Positions 1 to 13,789 are shown, counted from the stretch's first letter. The stretch: 64,000 nt of DNA from Eledone cirrhosa (GCA_964016885.1 OZ024763.1:4278001-4342000); one strand, 5' to 3'. Made by a program: numbers and translations. Notes: a model not told the origin generated them from the letters alone.

Positions 1-438
1 TATTTATTTATTTATTTATATCTGTTTGTATGCCTGTCTAATTAGTCTCTTTGATTACCTATCTAATTGTCTCTCTGTCTTCCTACCTGCCTGTCTATAT
101 TTCTGTTTATCTACCTACCTGTCTATCTATTCGGCCCGAGTGAATCGGCCTCCTCTCTATATCAGCCTGTAGGTTGAGGAAAAGGAGGAAAGGGGGTACT
201 CACTCTTCGTACTCCTGGAGATGAGGGTTGCACATTTTTTCGGGGGGTATGTGTTACCCATATGTAACGTCTCCCCCTATTGGGGAAAATCGACTAATTT
301 TTTAAATTGCATTTGTGATAACATTTTACACGTTTTTATTGTATGTAAACTTCCCCCTTTGTATTTGTCCCCTTCTTTTGTGCCCCTGTGGCTAATAAAC
401 ATATCTATTCTTATATTTTTGTGTGTGTGTGTGTCCAG

Positions 439-489
439 TGTTTCCTAATGTGCCAGACCGACCAGGAATGCCATGTGATGGCGAGGACC
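439..489 (+). CDS. PRKCI: atypical PKC exon, end of PB1/linker: (V)FPNVPDRPGMPCDGED(R)
   Basis: ccag|TG acceptor and C|gtaagt donor; 51 nt, phase 1-1; matches human PKC-iota VFPCVPERPGMPCPGEDK. Confidence 0.95.
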
Positions 490-784
490 GTAAGTTAACA
501 TTTAACATTTGTACCACACAAAACCACATAAAACCACATAAGACATTCTTGAAGACAGAATAGTATTAGGAGTTCATCACATTGAAAATTGAAGTCTTTA
601 GTTGACTGCAATTTTAATGATCTGTCCATTAGTGAAAATATTATAAACATTTGAATTAACAGAGAAATTTAGCAACACTTGTTGTTGTTGTTGGTCTTTC
701 TAATAGCAATGTCATTGGAGGAGGGTAGCAACTGGAAGTTGAAACAGTACTTTGAGTTGGTGGCAGTGGTTGGTAGGGGGTTGG

Positions 785-1230
785 TGGGTAGGTGGAGAGT
801 AGCTTGGTAGGCAGGTGGGTAGGTAGGTGAAGAGTAGCTTGGTAGGCAGGTAGATGGAGAGTAGGTAGGTAGGTAGGTAGGTAGGTGGAGAGTAGCTTGG
901 TAGGCAGGTGGGTAGGTAGGTGGAGAGTAGCTTGGTAGGCAGGCAGGTGGGTAGGTAGGTGGAGAGTAGCTTGGTAGGCAGGCAGGTGGGTAGGTAGGTG
1001 GAGAGTAGCTTGGTAGGCAGGTAGATGGAGAGTAGGTAGGTAGGTGGGTAGATAAGTGGAGAGTAGCTTGGTAGGCAGGTAGATGGAGAGTAGCTTGGTA
1101 GGCAGGTAGATGGAGAGTAGCTTGGTAGGCAGGTAGATGGAGAGTAGCTTGGTAGGCAGGTAGATGGAGAGTAGCTTGGTAGGCAGGTAGATGGAGAGTA
1201 TGTTGGTAGGCAGGTAGATAGATAGGTAGG
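785..1230. repeat. GGTA-rich minisatellite (27-39-bp units)
   Basis: ggagagtagcttggtaggcaggtagat repeats. Confidence 0.9.
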
Positions 1231-1783
1231 TTAGGTGGAAAGGTAAGTAGATAGGTGAGAGAAAGGCAAAACTTGGATGAAGCTGGGTTCAAAAGTAATC
1301 TGAGGTGGGCAGGAAAGAGGACTACACTGGTATCGACATGTGATCCACATGGATGATGATTGATGGGTGAAGAAGTGCCAGGAAATGCCAGTGGAAGGAA
1401 GCTGCAAGAGATGTAGACCAAGGTAGACCTGTGCAGAGGTGGTGAGAGCTGAACTCAAATTACTGAGAGCCACAGAGATGAAGGGGTGTAGGGAGAGCCA
1501 CAGAGATGGAGTGTAGGGGTGTAGGGAGAGCTACAGGGATGAAGGGGTGTAGGGAGTGAAGAGATCCTGTGCTGGAAAAGACCTGTCCAACCTCTGCAAG
1601 CATGGAGAATGGATGTAAAAACAATGATGGTGATAGGCAGGTAAGAAGAGAGATAGGTGGACAGGTAGAACGGTAGATAGTGGGGTGAGTAAGAAGGCAG
1701 GTAGGTAAATAGGTAGGCTACAAGTTTGAAATGTTGAACTTGTTTATTAGACTAGAATTTTTTTCAACACACTGACGCCTATA

Positions 1784-2153
1784 TCATCATCATCATCACC
1801 GTTTTACATCTGTTCTTCCACGCTAGCATGGGTTAGACGGGTTGTTCTGTTGTGGGCAGTGTCTGGTCGGCTGACCATGCCTTGCTCATACAGGAACTGA
1901 TTTGGCTTGATTTCTACAGCTGGATGCCCTTCCTAACACCAACCTCATTTACAGTGTGGGCTGGGTGCTTTTTCGTGGCGCCTACACGTCCACTTTACAG
2001 TGTGGGCTGGGTGCTTTTTTGCCGTGGCACCTCCACGACCACCTTGCAGTGGGGGGTGTGGGGGCATATTGTCTATATGCTTCAGCTTGTACCCATGGGA
2101 GGTCGGGTACTCTGTATTACTGCGTGACGCCAGAGGTCACGGTCGTGTGTCAT
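1784..2153 (-). mobile_element. SINE with RTE-type (GAT)n tail; near-identical inverted copy at 13361-13736
   Basis: ggaagggcatccagctgtagaaa core and (gat)n tail shared with many copies in the window. Confidence 0.85.
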
Positions 2154-2399
2154 TGCCTTTGAGAGGTGTAATTGGGTAAGGTCGGCTTTTGAGTGTATTA
2201 TAAACGCACAAACACAGACAGACAAAAATACACACTCCCAGACATACATGTTAGACGCTGTTTTCTGTAGTTTGTCATCACCCCTTCCTTCCTCAGTCAT
2301 CTCTAGTGTGACAGGACAGAAGTTGCTCAAATTTATATATAGATAGTTGGTGTACATTTTCTGGTCTTTAACTGTCAAACTAAGACAGAGATTTGACAG

Positions 2400-2780
2400 T
2401 CTGGTTCACTACACTCTGAGGTCAAAACCTACTGAGGTCACCTTGTTCTGGTTCACTACACTCTGAGGTCAAAACCTACTGAGGTCACCTTGTTCTGGTT
2501 CACTACACTCTGAGGTCAAAACCTACTGAGGTCACCTTTGTTCTGGTTCACTACACTCTGAGGTCAAAACCTACTGAGGTCACCTTGTTCTGGTTCACTA
2601 CACTCTGAGGTCAAAACCTACTGAGGTCACCTTGTTCTGGTTCACTACACTCTGAGGTCAAAACCTACTGAGGTCACCTTTGTTCTGGTTCACTACACTC
2701 TCAGGTCAAAACCTACTGAGGTCACCTTTGTTCTGGTTCACTACACTCTCAGGTAAAAACCTACTGAGGTCTCCTTTGCC
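2400..2780. repeat. 47-48-bp tandem repeat (~8 units) inside a Meta-like SINE
   Basis: Unit ctggttcactacactctgaggtcaaaacctactgaggtcaccttgtt, continuing into ttgcctttcatc...gtaccagtactgggg. Confidence 0.92.
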
Positions 2781-3005
2781 TTTCATCTTTTCAAAGTTGA
2801 TCAGTAAAGTACCAGTACTGGGGCTGATCTGTTTCTTTCTTTTGAAGAAATTGGCTCTGTTCTGCCTCGAAAGAGATGGGCTCTGCCAGGTGTAAAATGC
2901 CCCAAACAGTGACGCCTATGACTCCATCTTGAGTTAAAGGCCCCATACCTTAACTGAAAAACTACAATTATTTGTATTTTGTTTTCTCTTTTTTTACCTG
3001 TCCAG

Positions 3006-3091
3006 GTAACATTTATCGGAGAGGTGCTAGACGTTGGAGGAAGCTCTACCGAGTCAATGGTCATTTATTCCAAGGAAAACGATTCTCAAAG
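3006..3091 (+). CDS. PRKCI: atypical PKC pseudosubstrate exon: (R)[28 protein letters not shown]
   Basis: Pyrimidine tract plus ccag acceptor, AAG|gtaac donor; 86 nt, phase 1-0; contains the aPKC pseudosubstrate [12 protein letters not shown]. Confidence 0.97.
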
Positions 3092-3156
3092 GTAACAACA
3101 GATTTTGGTTGTGTTATTTCTTGACCTGCTCAATACAGTAGCCAGACCTCCCAACA

Positions 3157-3198
<42 letters not shown>

Positions 3199-3369
3199 AT
3201 ATACACAGACAGACAGACAGACACACACAATTACTGTCATATACTCATAGATACATATATACCCTCACACAGACACAAATACATGTACACACATACATAA
3301 ACACATACATGTACACACAGACACAAACACATATATACATGCATACATGTATATCAGAGCTGCCCCCTC

Positions 3370-4822
3370 CCCGCCCACCACCACCACATCTGCTACAACC
3401 GTCGACGCAAACTCTTTTATTAACACCATCATCAATACCACTGCAACCACCACCACCACAAACACCACCAACATCGCTTGCCACCAACCCCACCACCACC
3501 ACCACCACCACACCACCAACATCGCTTGCCACCAAAACCAAGCCCATCACCACCACCACAATCCCACCAACACCACCACCACCACAACACCATCACACCA
3601 CCACCACAACACCATCACACCACCACCACAACACCATCACACCACCACCACCACACCACCACACCACCACACCACCACCACACCACCACCACACCACCAC
3701 ACCACCACCACACCACCACCACCACCACACAACACCACACCACACCACCACACCACACCACCACCACCACACCACCACCACCACCACACCACAACACCAC
3801 CACCACAACACCACAACACCACCACCAACACACCAACACACCACCACCACACCACACAACCAACACACCACCACAACACCACACCACAACACCACACCAC
3901 AACACCACACCACAACACCACACCACAACACCACACCACAACACCACACCACAACACCACACCACACCACACCACCACACCACCACACCACACCACCACC
4001 ACCACCACCACACCACAACACCACCACCACAACACCACACAACCACCACCACACCACCACCACCACACGACACCACACCACAACACCACACCACAACACC
4101 ACACCACCAACACAACCACCACCACCACACCACAACACCACACCACACCAACACACCACCACCACCACCACCACCACCACCAACACCACACAACACCACA
4201 CCATCAACACCACACCATCAACACCACACCATCAACACCACACCACAACACCACACCACAACACCACACCACAACACCACACCACACCACACCACCACAC
4301 CACCACACCACACCACCACCACCACCACCACACCACAACACCACCACCACAACACCACACAACCACCACCACACCACCACCACCACCACCACACGACACC
4401 ACACCACAACACCACACCACAACACCACACCACCAACACAACCACCACCACCACACCACAACACCACACCACACCAACACACCACCACCACCACCACCAC
4501 CACCACCACCACCACCACACAACACCACACCATCAACACCACACCATCAACACCACACCATCAACACCACACCACAACACCACACCACAACACCACACCA
4601 CAACACCACACCACAACACCACACCACAACACCACACCACAACACCACACCACCAACACCACCACCACCACCACCACCACCACCACACCACCACACCACA
4701 CCAACACAACACCACACCACACCATCAACACCACACCATCAACACCACACCACAACACCACACCACACCACACCACACCACACCACACCACCACCACCAC
4801 CACCACCAACACCACCACCACC
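3370..4822. repeat. degenerate (CAC/CACAC)n low-complexity tract
   Basis: Almost exclusively C and A; internal block duplications. Confidence 0.95.
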
Positions 4823-5310
4823 GCGTGGACAACAAACCAGTCTGTAAGTGAACATAAAAGGGGTGACCTAACCTGTTAGTTCAGTTATTAAAGGTGGTGG
4901 TTGTGGTTGGGGGACATATGTAAATCAGATAATTTCCCTTAATACATCCCCTGCACCACACAACCCCATACATATACACTATATACACACACACATACAT
5001 ACTATATACATACACACACATACACATATACACACATACACATATATATCATCATCATCATCATCATCATCACATTAAACGATGATATATATATATATAT
5101 GTATATATATATACATATATATACACACATACATATATAGATATACACATATATATATAGATATACACATACATACTATATATATATATATATATATACA
5201 TATACACATACACATACATATATACACATATACACATACCTACACATCACATATATACATATACTCATGCATACACAGGCCATGTCTAACTTAATAGCAC
5301 CACCTGGCGC

Positions 5311-5347
<37 letters not shown>

Positions 5348-5717
5348 TATACATAAACACAAACACACAAACATGCATACGTCTACTCAGAACTTCTCAA
5401 TACATACACCGATAATCTATGAATATATAATGTGTATATATATATATATATATATATGTGTGTGAAAAACTAAGAATGACTTTCTTCAAGAAGAATGGAA
5501 AGTTATATAAAGTACTCAATACAGTTATTTAATTTAGAAATGACTTTTATAAGACTGAAATTATCAGGAGTGTATATTCCTGATGATTTCAGATGAATGA
5601 AACAGTTCTAGCCTTGTAGAAGTCATATATATATCATCATCACCATCATCGTATAACGTCTGTCTTCCACACTAGCATAGGCTAGACAGTTTTGTTCCAT
5701 TTGATGTGGGAGTGTGG

Positions 5718-5759
<42 letters not shown>

Positions 5760-5784
5760 GTGTAATAAACAACGTAAGATAATT

Positions 5785-5859
5785 ATTTCATTTACCAAAG
5801 GTTTCACGAAGTCAGACGAGCTTAGCACATACGTCTGCCTTCAATCGTCAGAATGAAAT
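5785..5859 (-). ncRNA. type I hammerhead ribozyme motif
   Basis: Minus strand: auuucauu CUGACGA [long stem II ugaaggcagacg..cgucugacuucg] GAAAC cuuug GUA aaugaaau; perfect 8-bp stem I. Confidence 0.8.
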
Positions 5860-6406
5860 TTATACAATTTGGTAAATGAAATAGTTATCTTATGTTGTTT
5901 ATTACATAACTAAAAAGCTCTGTAGCCTACATAGAGCACTCTCTTTTCGTTTATCTTTTTTACAGAAATACTTCAATTATATATACCACACTGTAAGATT
6001 TATATTAATTAATAGCAGCACTGTTATCACTTAACTTTCCTACTCGTTATCCAACTCTGAGATTAAGAAAAACGTTTTGAAAAAGATTATTTTGCTAAAA
6101 GAACCAGGAAAAGAAACCAGATTAATACAAAAAGAAATGAGGGATTTGTAGTTTACTTGAAGCCTTGTATATGGTATATAGAATACAGGGTGTGTGTGTA
6201 AGGCTTGTATATGGTATATAGAATACAGGGTGTGTGTGTGTGTGTGTGTAAGGCTTGTATATGGTATATAGAATACAGGGTGTGTATGTGTGTAAGGCTT
6301 GTATATGGTATATAGAATACAGGGTAGGAAAGCCACGACAATGTGGTTTGGGACAGATAAACAAACAAGTCGGATGAAACAAGATGTGTTTTTACCTTTA
6401 TTTAGG

Positions 6407-6444
6407 TCCTGATATTTCGAGATTAAAATCACTTCATCTGAGGA
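6407..6444 (-). ncRNA. minimal hammerhead-like motif, U4A core variant
   Basis: Minus strand: uccu CAGAUGA agugauuuuaaucuc GAAA uauc agga. Confidence 0.45.
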
Positions 6445-6892
6445 AAATAAAAGGAGCTATTCCAGTGTCTGGAATGACACACTATACAATGCTGGCAGAA
6501 GTAGTTTTATTATTATTATTATTATTATTATTTGCCCAACCGCTGTTGTATTAAAAATTAAAGGTCTGGACAGGTCAAGGGGAGCACAGAGTTATTTCCC
6601 ATTACATCTGCACACACACACACACATGTACTAATACGCGCTGACACACGTGCACATGCACACATGCGTGTGTGTACGCATGCACATAAATACGCATACA
6701 TGCGGGGACGTAATCGTGTGAAGACATGAATGCATATACACAATTTCTCACAGATATGTACGTATGGGGGCTCATGTGTACCCCTATATGCTTGTGTTTC
6801 GGCCCTTTACTGAACATATTTGTTGCTAGTTTTTTATTAACTTATCTCAACATTGGATTATTTTCTCTTTCATTGTTTCATTATGTAAAATT

Positions 6893-7081
6893 AGGGCGGT
6901 GGATTGGCAGTATCGGTAGAGGGTCGGACGCCATGCTTTCCAGCATAGTTACGTCCCTTTACGATCTGAGTTCAAATCCCGCCGAGGTTGACTTTGCCTT
7001 TCCTCCTTACGGGGTCGATAAAATAAAGTACCAGTAATGCACTGGGTAATTGCTGGCCTTGTGCCTAAAGTAGAAACAATT
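6893..7081 (+). mobile_element. tRNA-derived SINE with Meta-like domain (copies near 12900, 17330, 19778, 28474, 51895, 56755 -, 59130, 61722, 62800, 63000)
   Basis: gagttcaaatcc B-box followed by ttgcctttc.tccttacggggtcgataaaataaagtaccag. Confidence 0.85.
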
Positions 7082-7243
7082 ATGTAAAATTGAGTCACTG
7101 ATCAGATTAATATAGATTAAAGTATCTTTTAAAATATATTTATTTTATAATTGATCTGAGAGAGATTTGTCAGTAATAAAATTAATTTAATTTCAAAATA
7201 AACCTATCAAGATTCTGTATTGTTAATGTGTGTGTGTATAGCG

Positions 7244-7319
<76 letters not shown>

Positions 7320-7544
7320 GCCTTCTCCCTGGTTAACACCTATTTGGTCCTTAGCCAGGTTCGTTCTGTTGCAAGCATTTGGGCCAGGACTCCAGTTTGA
7401 GGATAGCTTTGTCCCTTAATCTTCTAGTAGTTTTGGGGACCCTCAATAAAAATAAAAGGGTTATACCTGCTGTCGTTCCATTTCTGGTTAAGTGGTTAAA
7501 AAAAAAAATGAATAAAGATTTCACACATACATATAGGTTTTATA

Positions 7545-8210
7545 TGCTTGTGTGTGTGTGTATGTATATATGTACATGTACGTGTATTTATGTATGTGTA
7601 TATGTACGTGTATTTATGTATGTATATATGTACGTGTGTATGTATGTGTATATGAACGTGTGTATGTATGTGTATATGTACGTGTGTATGTATGTGTGTG
7701 TATGTATGTGTGTATGTATGTGTATATGTACGTGTATGTATGTATTATGTATGTGTATGCATATATGTACGTGTATGTATGTATGTATATATGTACGTGT
7801 GTATGTGTGTATGTGTATATGTACATGTATGTATGTATGTGTGTATGTATGTATGTATATATGTACGTGTGTATGTATGTATGTATATATGTACGTGTGT
7901 ATGTGTGTATGTGTACATGTATGTATGCATATATGTACGTGTATGTATGTATGTATATATGTACGTGTGTATGTATGTATGTGTATATGTACATGTATGT
8001 ATGTATGTGTGTATGTATGTATGTATATATGTACGTGTGTATGTATGTATGTGTATATGTACATGTATGTATGTATGTGTGTATGTATGTATATATGTAC
8101 GTGTGTATGTGTGTATGTGTATATGTACATGTATGTATGTATGTGTGTATATATGTACGTGTGTATGTATGTATGTGTACATGTATGTATGTATGTATAT
8201 ATGTATGTAC
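7545..8210. repeat. (TATG/TG)n compound microsatellite
   Basis: Direct inspection; similar tracts at 24775-25195, 44215-44985, 45260-45840, 52488-53075 and 55050-55420. Confidence 0.95.
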
Positions 8211-8667
8211 CCGTAATACTTGGAGTAATAGGCACACTGTAGTTATATAGAACGTGTCTTGGGCATTCTTAAGCCGGTAGAGCACATTCTCCCATCAAAT
8301 CTTAACACCGCCGATTGTTTAGAGAGAGAGAGAGAGAGAGAGAGAGCCGTTACTTGACTGCTATGTTTTTTTTCTCCACCTCGAATGGCTGTGTGAATGT
8401 GTAGTCAATATTTGGAATATATGATTAAGATGTGGTTGACCCCTTGACCTGTCAAGGGGAGCAATGACCCCAAATATGAACTGATTTGGATGGTAACAAT
8501 CTGCCCTACCCATGCCAGCATAGAAACTGGATTTACAGGGATGACAATGGCGGCGATGATGATGATGATTTATATTTTACAGACCTGTTTAGGCAACACG
8601 TACATGTGAACCTCACATACACACGGGCACCACAGACCTACAGAGACCTTCTCTCTCCCACACACTA

Positions 8668-8709
<42 letters not shown>

Positions 8710-9365
8710 ATGCACATATATGGACATTTACTTATATTTCCAAACACATGCATGCTCACTTGTATTACATATATTTACATAAATTTACAGACACACGCTT
8801 CTAAACATACATACATATATGTACATATATTAAGACATATACCTGTACGCACGCATACATATATGTACATATACATATATGTACATATATTAAGACATAT
8901 ACCTGTACGCACGCATACATATATGCACATATACATATACATATATACATTTATATAGACATAAACATATATACATATATGTACATATATGTACATGTAT
9001 ATACATATATGTACATATCTTAACAGACATAAACATATATACATATATGTACATATATTTACAGACATACACATATACAGATATACACACACACACACAC
9101 ACAAACATCATTATGATGTGTTCTTCATTGTTCATTACATAAAGAAAATAGTATTATTATTGTCATTATTATTATGTGTAGGTGTGACATAACATTTAGT
9201 TGAATCCAGTTTCGGGCAGTTTAAAACGTGGTTAAGTGGATGGCTTTAAAACTATTAAAGCTTGTCCCACTTATACCCGAAGCTGCGGTGTCACTTGTAA
9301 GGTTAGTTGTGAAGACATCTCACCACATCAGGGCCCAGTTTTATGTGTATCATTTCTTGTCACAG

Positions 9366-9497
9366 AGGGCTGTGTGTTATTTCTGCTCTGATCGCATCTG
9401 GGGTCTCGGTCGTCAAGGATACAAATGCATCAACTGCAAGCTGTTAGTACACAAACGTTGTCACAAGCTGGTGAAGCAAGCGTGTGGAGAGACTGTG
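9366..9497 (+). CDS. PRKCI: atypical PKC C1-domain exon: [44 protein letters not shown]
   Basis: cacag acceptor, GTG|gtaagt donor; 132 nt, phase 0-0; [22 protein letters not shown] as in the aPKC C1 domain. Confidence 0.97.
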
Positions 9498-9555
9498 GTA
9501 AGTATTCTCTCATTCTCTCATTCTGTCGTTCTTTCATTCTTTCTTCTCTTGTTAT

Positions 9556-12010
9556 TTTTACTGGTGTCCGTCATTAGACTGTGGCCATGCTGGGGCACCA
9601 CACTTTTACTGGTGTCCGTCATTAGACTGTGGCCATGCTGGGGCACCACACGTTTACTGGTGTCAGTCATTAGACTGTGGCCATGCTGGGGCACCACACT
9701 TTTACTGGTGTCAGTCATTAGACTGTGGCCATGCTGGGGCACCACACTTTTACTGGTGTCAGTCATTAGACTGTGGCCATGCTGGGGCACCACACTTTTA
9801 CTGGTGTCAGTCATTAGACTGTGGCCATGCTGGGGCACCACACTTTTACTGGTGTCGGTCATTAGACTGTGGCCATGCTGAGGCACCACACTTTTACTGG
9901 TGTCAGTCATTAGACTGTGGCCATACTGGGGAACCACACTTTTACTGGTGTCAGTCATTAGACTGTGGCCATGCTGGGGCACCACACTTTTACTGGTGTC
10001 CGTCATTAGACTGTGGCCATGCTGGGGCACCACACTTTTACTGGTGTCCGTCATTAGACTGTGGCCATGCTGGGGCACCACACTTTTACTGGTGTCCGTC
10101 ATTAGACTGTGGCCATGCTGGGGCACCACACTTTTACTGGTGTCAGTCATTAGACTGTGGCCATACTGGGGAACCACACTTTTACTGGTGTCAGTCATTA
10201 GACTGTGGCCATACTGGGGAACCACACTTTTACTGGTGTCAGTCATTAGACTGTGGCCATGCTGGGGCACCACACTTTTACTGGTGTCAGTCATTAGACT
10301 GTGGCCATGCTGGGGCACCACACTTTTACTGGTGTCCGTCATTAGACTGTGGCCATGCTGGGGCACCACACTTTTACTGGTGTCAGTCATTAGACTGTGG
10401 CCATGCTGGGGCACCACACTCTTTTTATTCTTTTACTGGTGTCGGTCATTAGACTGTGGGGCCATGCTGAGGCACCACACTTTTACTGGTGTCAGTCATT
10501 AGACTGTGGCCATGCTGGGGCACCACACTCTTTTTATTCTTTTACTGGTGTCAGTCATTAGACTGTGGCCATGCTGGGGCACCACACTTTTACTGGTGTC
10601 CGTCATTAGACTGTGGCCATGCTGGGGCACCACACTTTTACTGGTGTCAGTCATTAGACTGTGGCCATGCTGGGGCACCACACTCTTTTTATTCTTTTAC
10701 TGGTGTCGGTCATTAGACTGTGGGGCCATGCTGAGGCACCACACTTTTACTGGTGTCAGTCATTAGACTGTGGCCATGCTGGGGTACCACACTCTTTTTA
10801 TTCTTTTACTGGTGTCAGTCATTAGACTGTGGCCATGCTGGGGCACCACACTTTTACTGGTGTCCGTCATTAGACTGTGGCCATGCTGGGGCACCACACT
10901 TTTACTGGTGTCAGTCATTAGACTGTGGCCATGCTGGGGCACCACACTCTTTTTATTCTTTTACTGGTGTCGGTCATTAGACTGTGGGGCCATGCTGAGG
11001 CACCACACTTTTACTGGTGTCAGTCATTAGACTGTGGCCATGCTGGGGCACCACACTCTTTTTATTCTTTTACTGGTGTCAGTCATTAGACTGTGGCCAT
11101 GCTGGGGCACCACACTTTTACTGGTGTCAGTCATTAGACTGTGGCCATGCTGGGGCACCACACTTTTACTGGTGTCAGTCATTAGACTGTGGCCATGCTG
11201 GGGCACCACACTTTTACTGGTGTCAGTCATTAGACTGTGGCCATGCTGGGGCACCACACTTTTACTGGTGTCAGTCATTAGACTGTGGCCATGCTGGGGC
11301 ACCACACTTTTACTGGTGTCCGTCATTAGACTGTGGCCATGCTGGGGCACCACACTTTTACTGGTGTCCGTCATTAGACTGTGGCCATGCTGGGGCACCA
11401 CACTTTTACTGGTGTCAGTCATTAGACTGTGGCCATGCTGGGGCACCACACTTTTACTGGTGTCAGTCATTAGACTGTGGCCATGCTGGGGCACCACACT
11501 TTTACTGGTGTCAGTCATTAGACTGTGGCCATGCTGGGGCACCACACTTTTACTGGTGTCCGTCATTAGACTGTGGCCATGCTGGGGCACCACACTTTTA
11601 CTGGTGTCAGTCATTAGACTGTGGCCATGCTGGGGCACCACACTTTTACTGGTGTCCGTCATTAGACTGTGGCCATGCTGGGGCACCACACTTTTACTGG
11701 TGTCAGTCATTACACTGTGGTCATGCTGGGGCACCACACTTTTACTGGTGTCAGTCATTAGACTGTGGCCATGCTGGGGCACCACACTCTTTTTATTCTT
11801 TTACTGGTTTCAGTCATTAGACTGTAGCCATGCTGGGGCACCACATTCTTTTACTGGTTTCAGTCATTACACTGTGGCCATACTGGAGCACCGCACTCTT
11901 TTACTGGTTTCTGCCATTGACTGTGGCCATGCTGGGGCACCACATTATTTTAATGTTGTATTGGTTTCACTCATTAGACTGCAGCCATGCTGGGGCACCA
12001 CATTCTTTTA
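9556..12010. repeat. 48-bp minisatellite (~50 units) with a 264-bp higher-order period at ~10420-11070
   Basis: Unit tttactggtgtcagtcattagactgtggccatgctggggcaccacact; degenerates toward the 3' end. Confidence 0.97.
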
Positions 12011-12149
12011 TTGCCCTTGTTTCAGTCATATTTAATGGGTTAAGATGTGAGCCCATTGATGTGTGTAGGAGATTATATGTAGCTATCTCAGTTATCTTTG
12101 CCCTATTTACATGTCACCCTGACCCAGTCAGTTTTCCATTCCATCTGTG

Positions 12150-12580
12150 TCCTGCCAGCCTTGACCATGGTGATGGCAACTGCCCAGATGGGATAACCCT
12201 TTTCCCGTTGGAAGGAGGAAAATCTCTGATCTGGGATGCCCTGTGTTGTGACACATTCTCTGCCAACTCCAAGCTTATTTCCTTGGCCACAAACCCAGGC
12301 ACTGCTGCCTGTGATGTGCAGGAGAAGAAGATAGTCAAATCCTTGTCCGACTGCTTCTTTATCATGCTAGTCACTGTTGTGACCTCTGGTGACCTCCTTG
12401 GTCCCTGAATGCTGTAAAATCGTGAGGAGTTTATCCTACCAAAGGAATGAGCCCTGTGAGGCAGAGTGGCTGATGCAGGGTGCAGCTAAGATGTACCACT
12501 TTGTGTGGAGTGTAGAGTCTTCCCTAGGAGGTGGATTAGCTGATGTAGTTGCTATTATTGACTTATCTCCATGGCAATGC
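12150..12580 (+). mobile_element. CRE-like non-LTR retrotransposon restriction-like endonuclease fragment
   Basis: PDGITLFPLEGGKSLIWDALCCDT...AACDVQEKK...VVTSGDLLGP resembles the RPDG/WD/ETxG RLE motifs. Confidence 0.6.
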
Positions 12581-12775
12581 CTTTGCCTCTATGTCTGTGG
12601 GGGGCCTCTGAGATAAACCCTTTTGATTGGGATCTAGAATCTCCTGCCTCTCCCACCTTTTCCTCACTTTTGCTATTTAGTTTTTTTTTTTGTTTGTTTG
12701 TTTTTCTTATCATTACGAACATAATATAATTTAACTCTAATATGTTGACTAAAGTGTGTCTTTCTTGTGTGTCAG

Positions 12776-12851
12776 GAGTCATTGCCAGTTCATCAAGAAG
12801 AACCAGTCCACAACACAGAGGAAACCTCACAAAATGGATTACATTCTGCAG
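12776..12851 (+). CDS. PRKCI: aPKC hinge exon: ESLPVHQEEPVHNTEETSQNGLHSA(V)
   Basis: Pyrimidine tract plus gtcag acceptor, G|gttag donor; 76 nt, phase 0-1, open frame; SLP..EP resembles the PKC-iota hinge SLPQEP. Confidence 0.75.
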
Positions 12852-13360
12852 GTTAGAGCAACAAATAATTATTGTTTCTGATTTAGGGGCCAGCAATCTT
12901 CAAGAAGGGGTCGGAGTGATTAGTAAAGTCATTAGAACATCAGACAAATTACTTTATGGTATTTGTACCCGTACTTTACCTTCTGAGTTCAAATCCTGCA
13001 ACGGTCAACTTCACTTTTCATCTTTCCAGGGTGGATAAAATAAAGTATCAGTTAAATACTGGGATTGATTTCATCGACTCTCCAAATTGCTGGACTTCTG
13101 CCTAAATTAGATGCCATTATTGATATTATTTTTATTATGCACAATGTTGACATTTAAAGCTATGATACAGCTATCTAATTTAAGATGGTAAGAGTTGTCA
13201 CAATCCCTAAGTTTAAAGCACATAGCTGGTATCTGGGAGTTATAGGGTTCAATTCCTCATTGCAGCTGATTGCAACTTCTTGGTATGTCTTTAGGGGTCT
13301 TCACCCTATTTTATAGCGTCTCCAAACATGAACACACCGTTCTTTATTATCGTTATGATT

Positions 13361-13736
13361 ATGACACACGACCGTGACTTCTGGCGTCACGCAGTAATAC
13401 AGGGTACCCGACCTCCCATGGGTACATGCTGAAGCATATAAACAATATGCCCCCACTCCTCCCACCGCAAGGTGGTCGTGGAGGTGCCACGGCAAAAAAG
13501 CACCCAGCCCACACTGTAAAGTGGACGTGTAGGCGCCACGAAAAAAGCACCCAGCACTCACTGTAAATGAGGTTGGTGTTAGGAAGGGCATCCAGCTGTA
13601 GAAATCAAGCCAGAATCAGTTCCTGTATGAGCAAGGCATGGTCAGCCGACCAGACACTGCCCACAACAGGACAACCCGTCTAACCCATGCTAGCGTGGAA
13701 GAACGGACGTAAAACGGTGATGATGATGATGATGAT
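13361..13736 (+). mobile_element. SINE, inverted partner of 1784-2153
   Basis: Reverse-complement similarity over ~370 bp; the ORF translations are shared. Confidence 0.85.
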
Positions 13737-13789
13737 TATGTTATTCCGTTTAGCTCAGTTCTGTCTCTCTATTGCCAGGTTCAGGCCTT

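Noticed and set aside
3105-4879. Long His/Thr/Pro-rich ORFs (up to 580 aa)
   Set aside because: Multiple frames on both strands are open because the (CAC)n tract lacks stop codons; it is intronic low-complexity DNA
5578-5627. CTGATGA-tttcagatgaat-GAAAC hammerhead core on the + strand
   Set aside because: No convincing stem I or NUH closure; treated as a truncated remnant
9183-9295. Possible hairpin upstream of the C1 exon (cagtttcggg/cccgaagctg)
   Set aside because: Short, interrupted complementarity that cannot be told from chance without folding and conservation data
9518-12035. 16-aa repeat proteins on both strands; superficial CRISPR-like look
   Set aside because: Translations of a 48-bp minisatellite with no unique spacers
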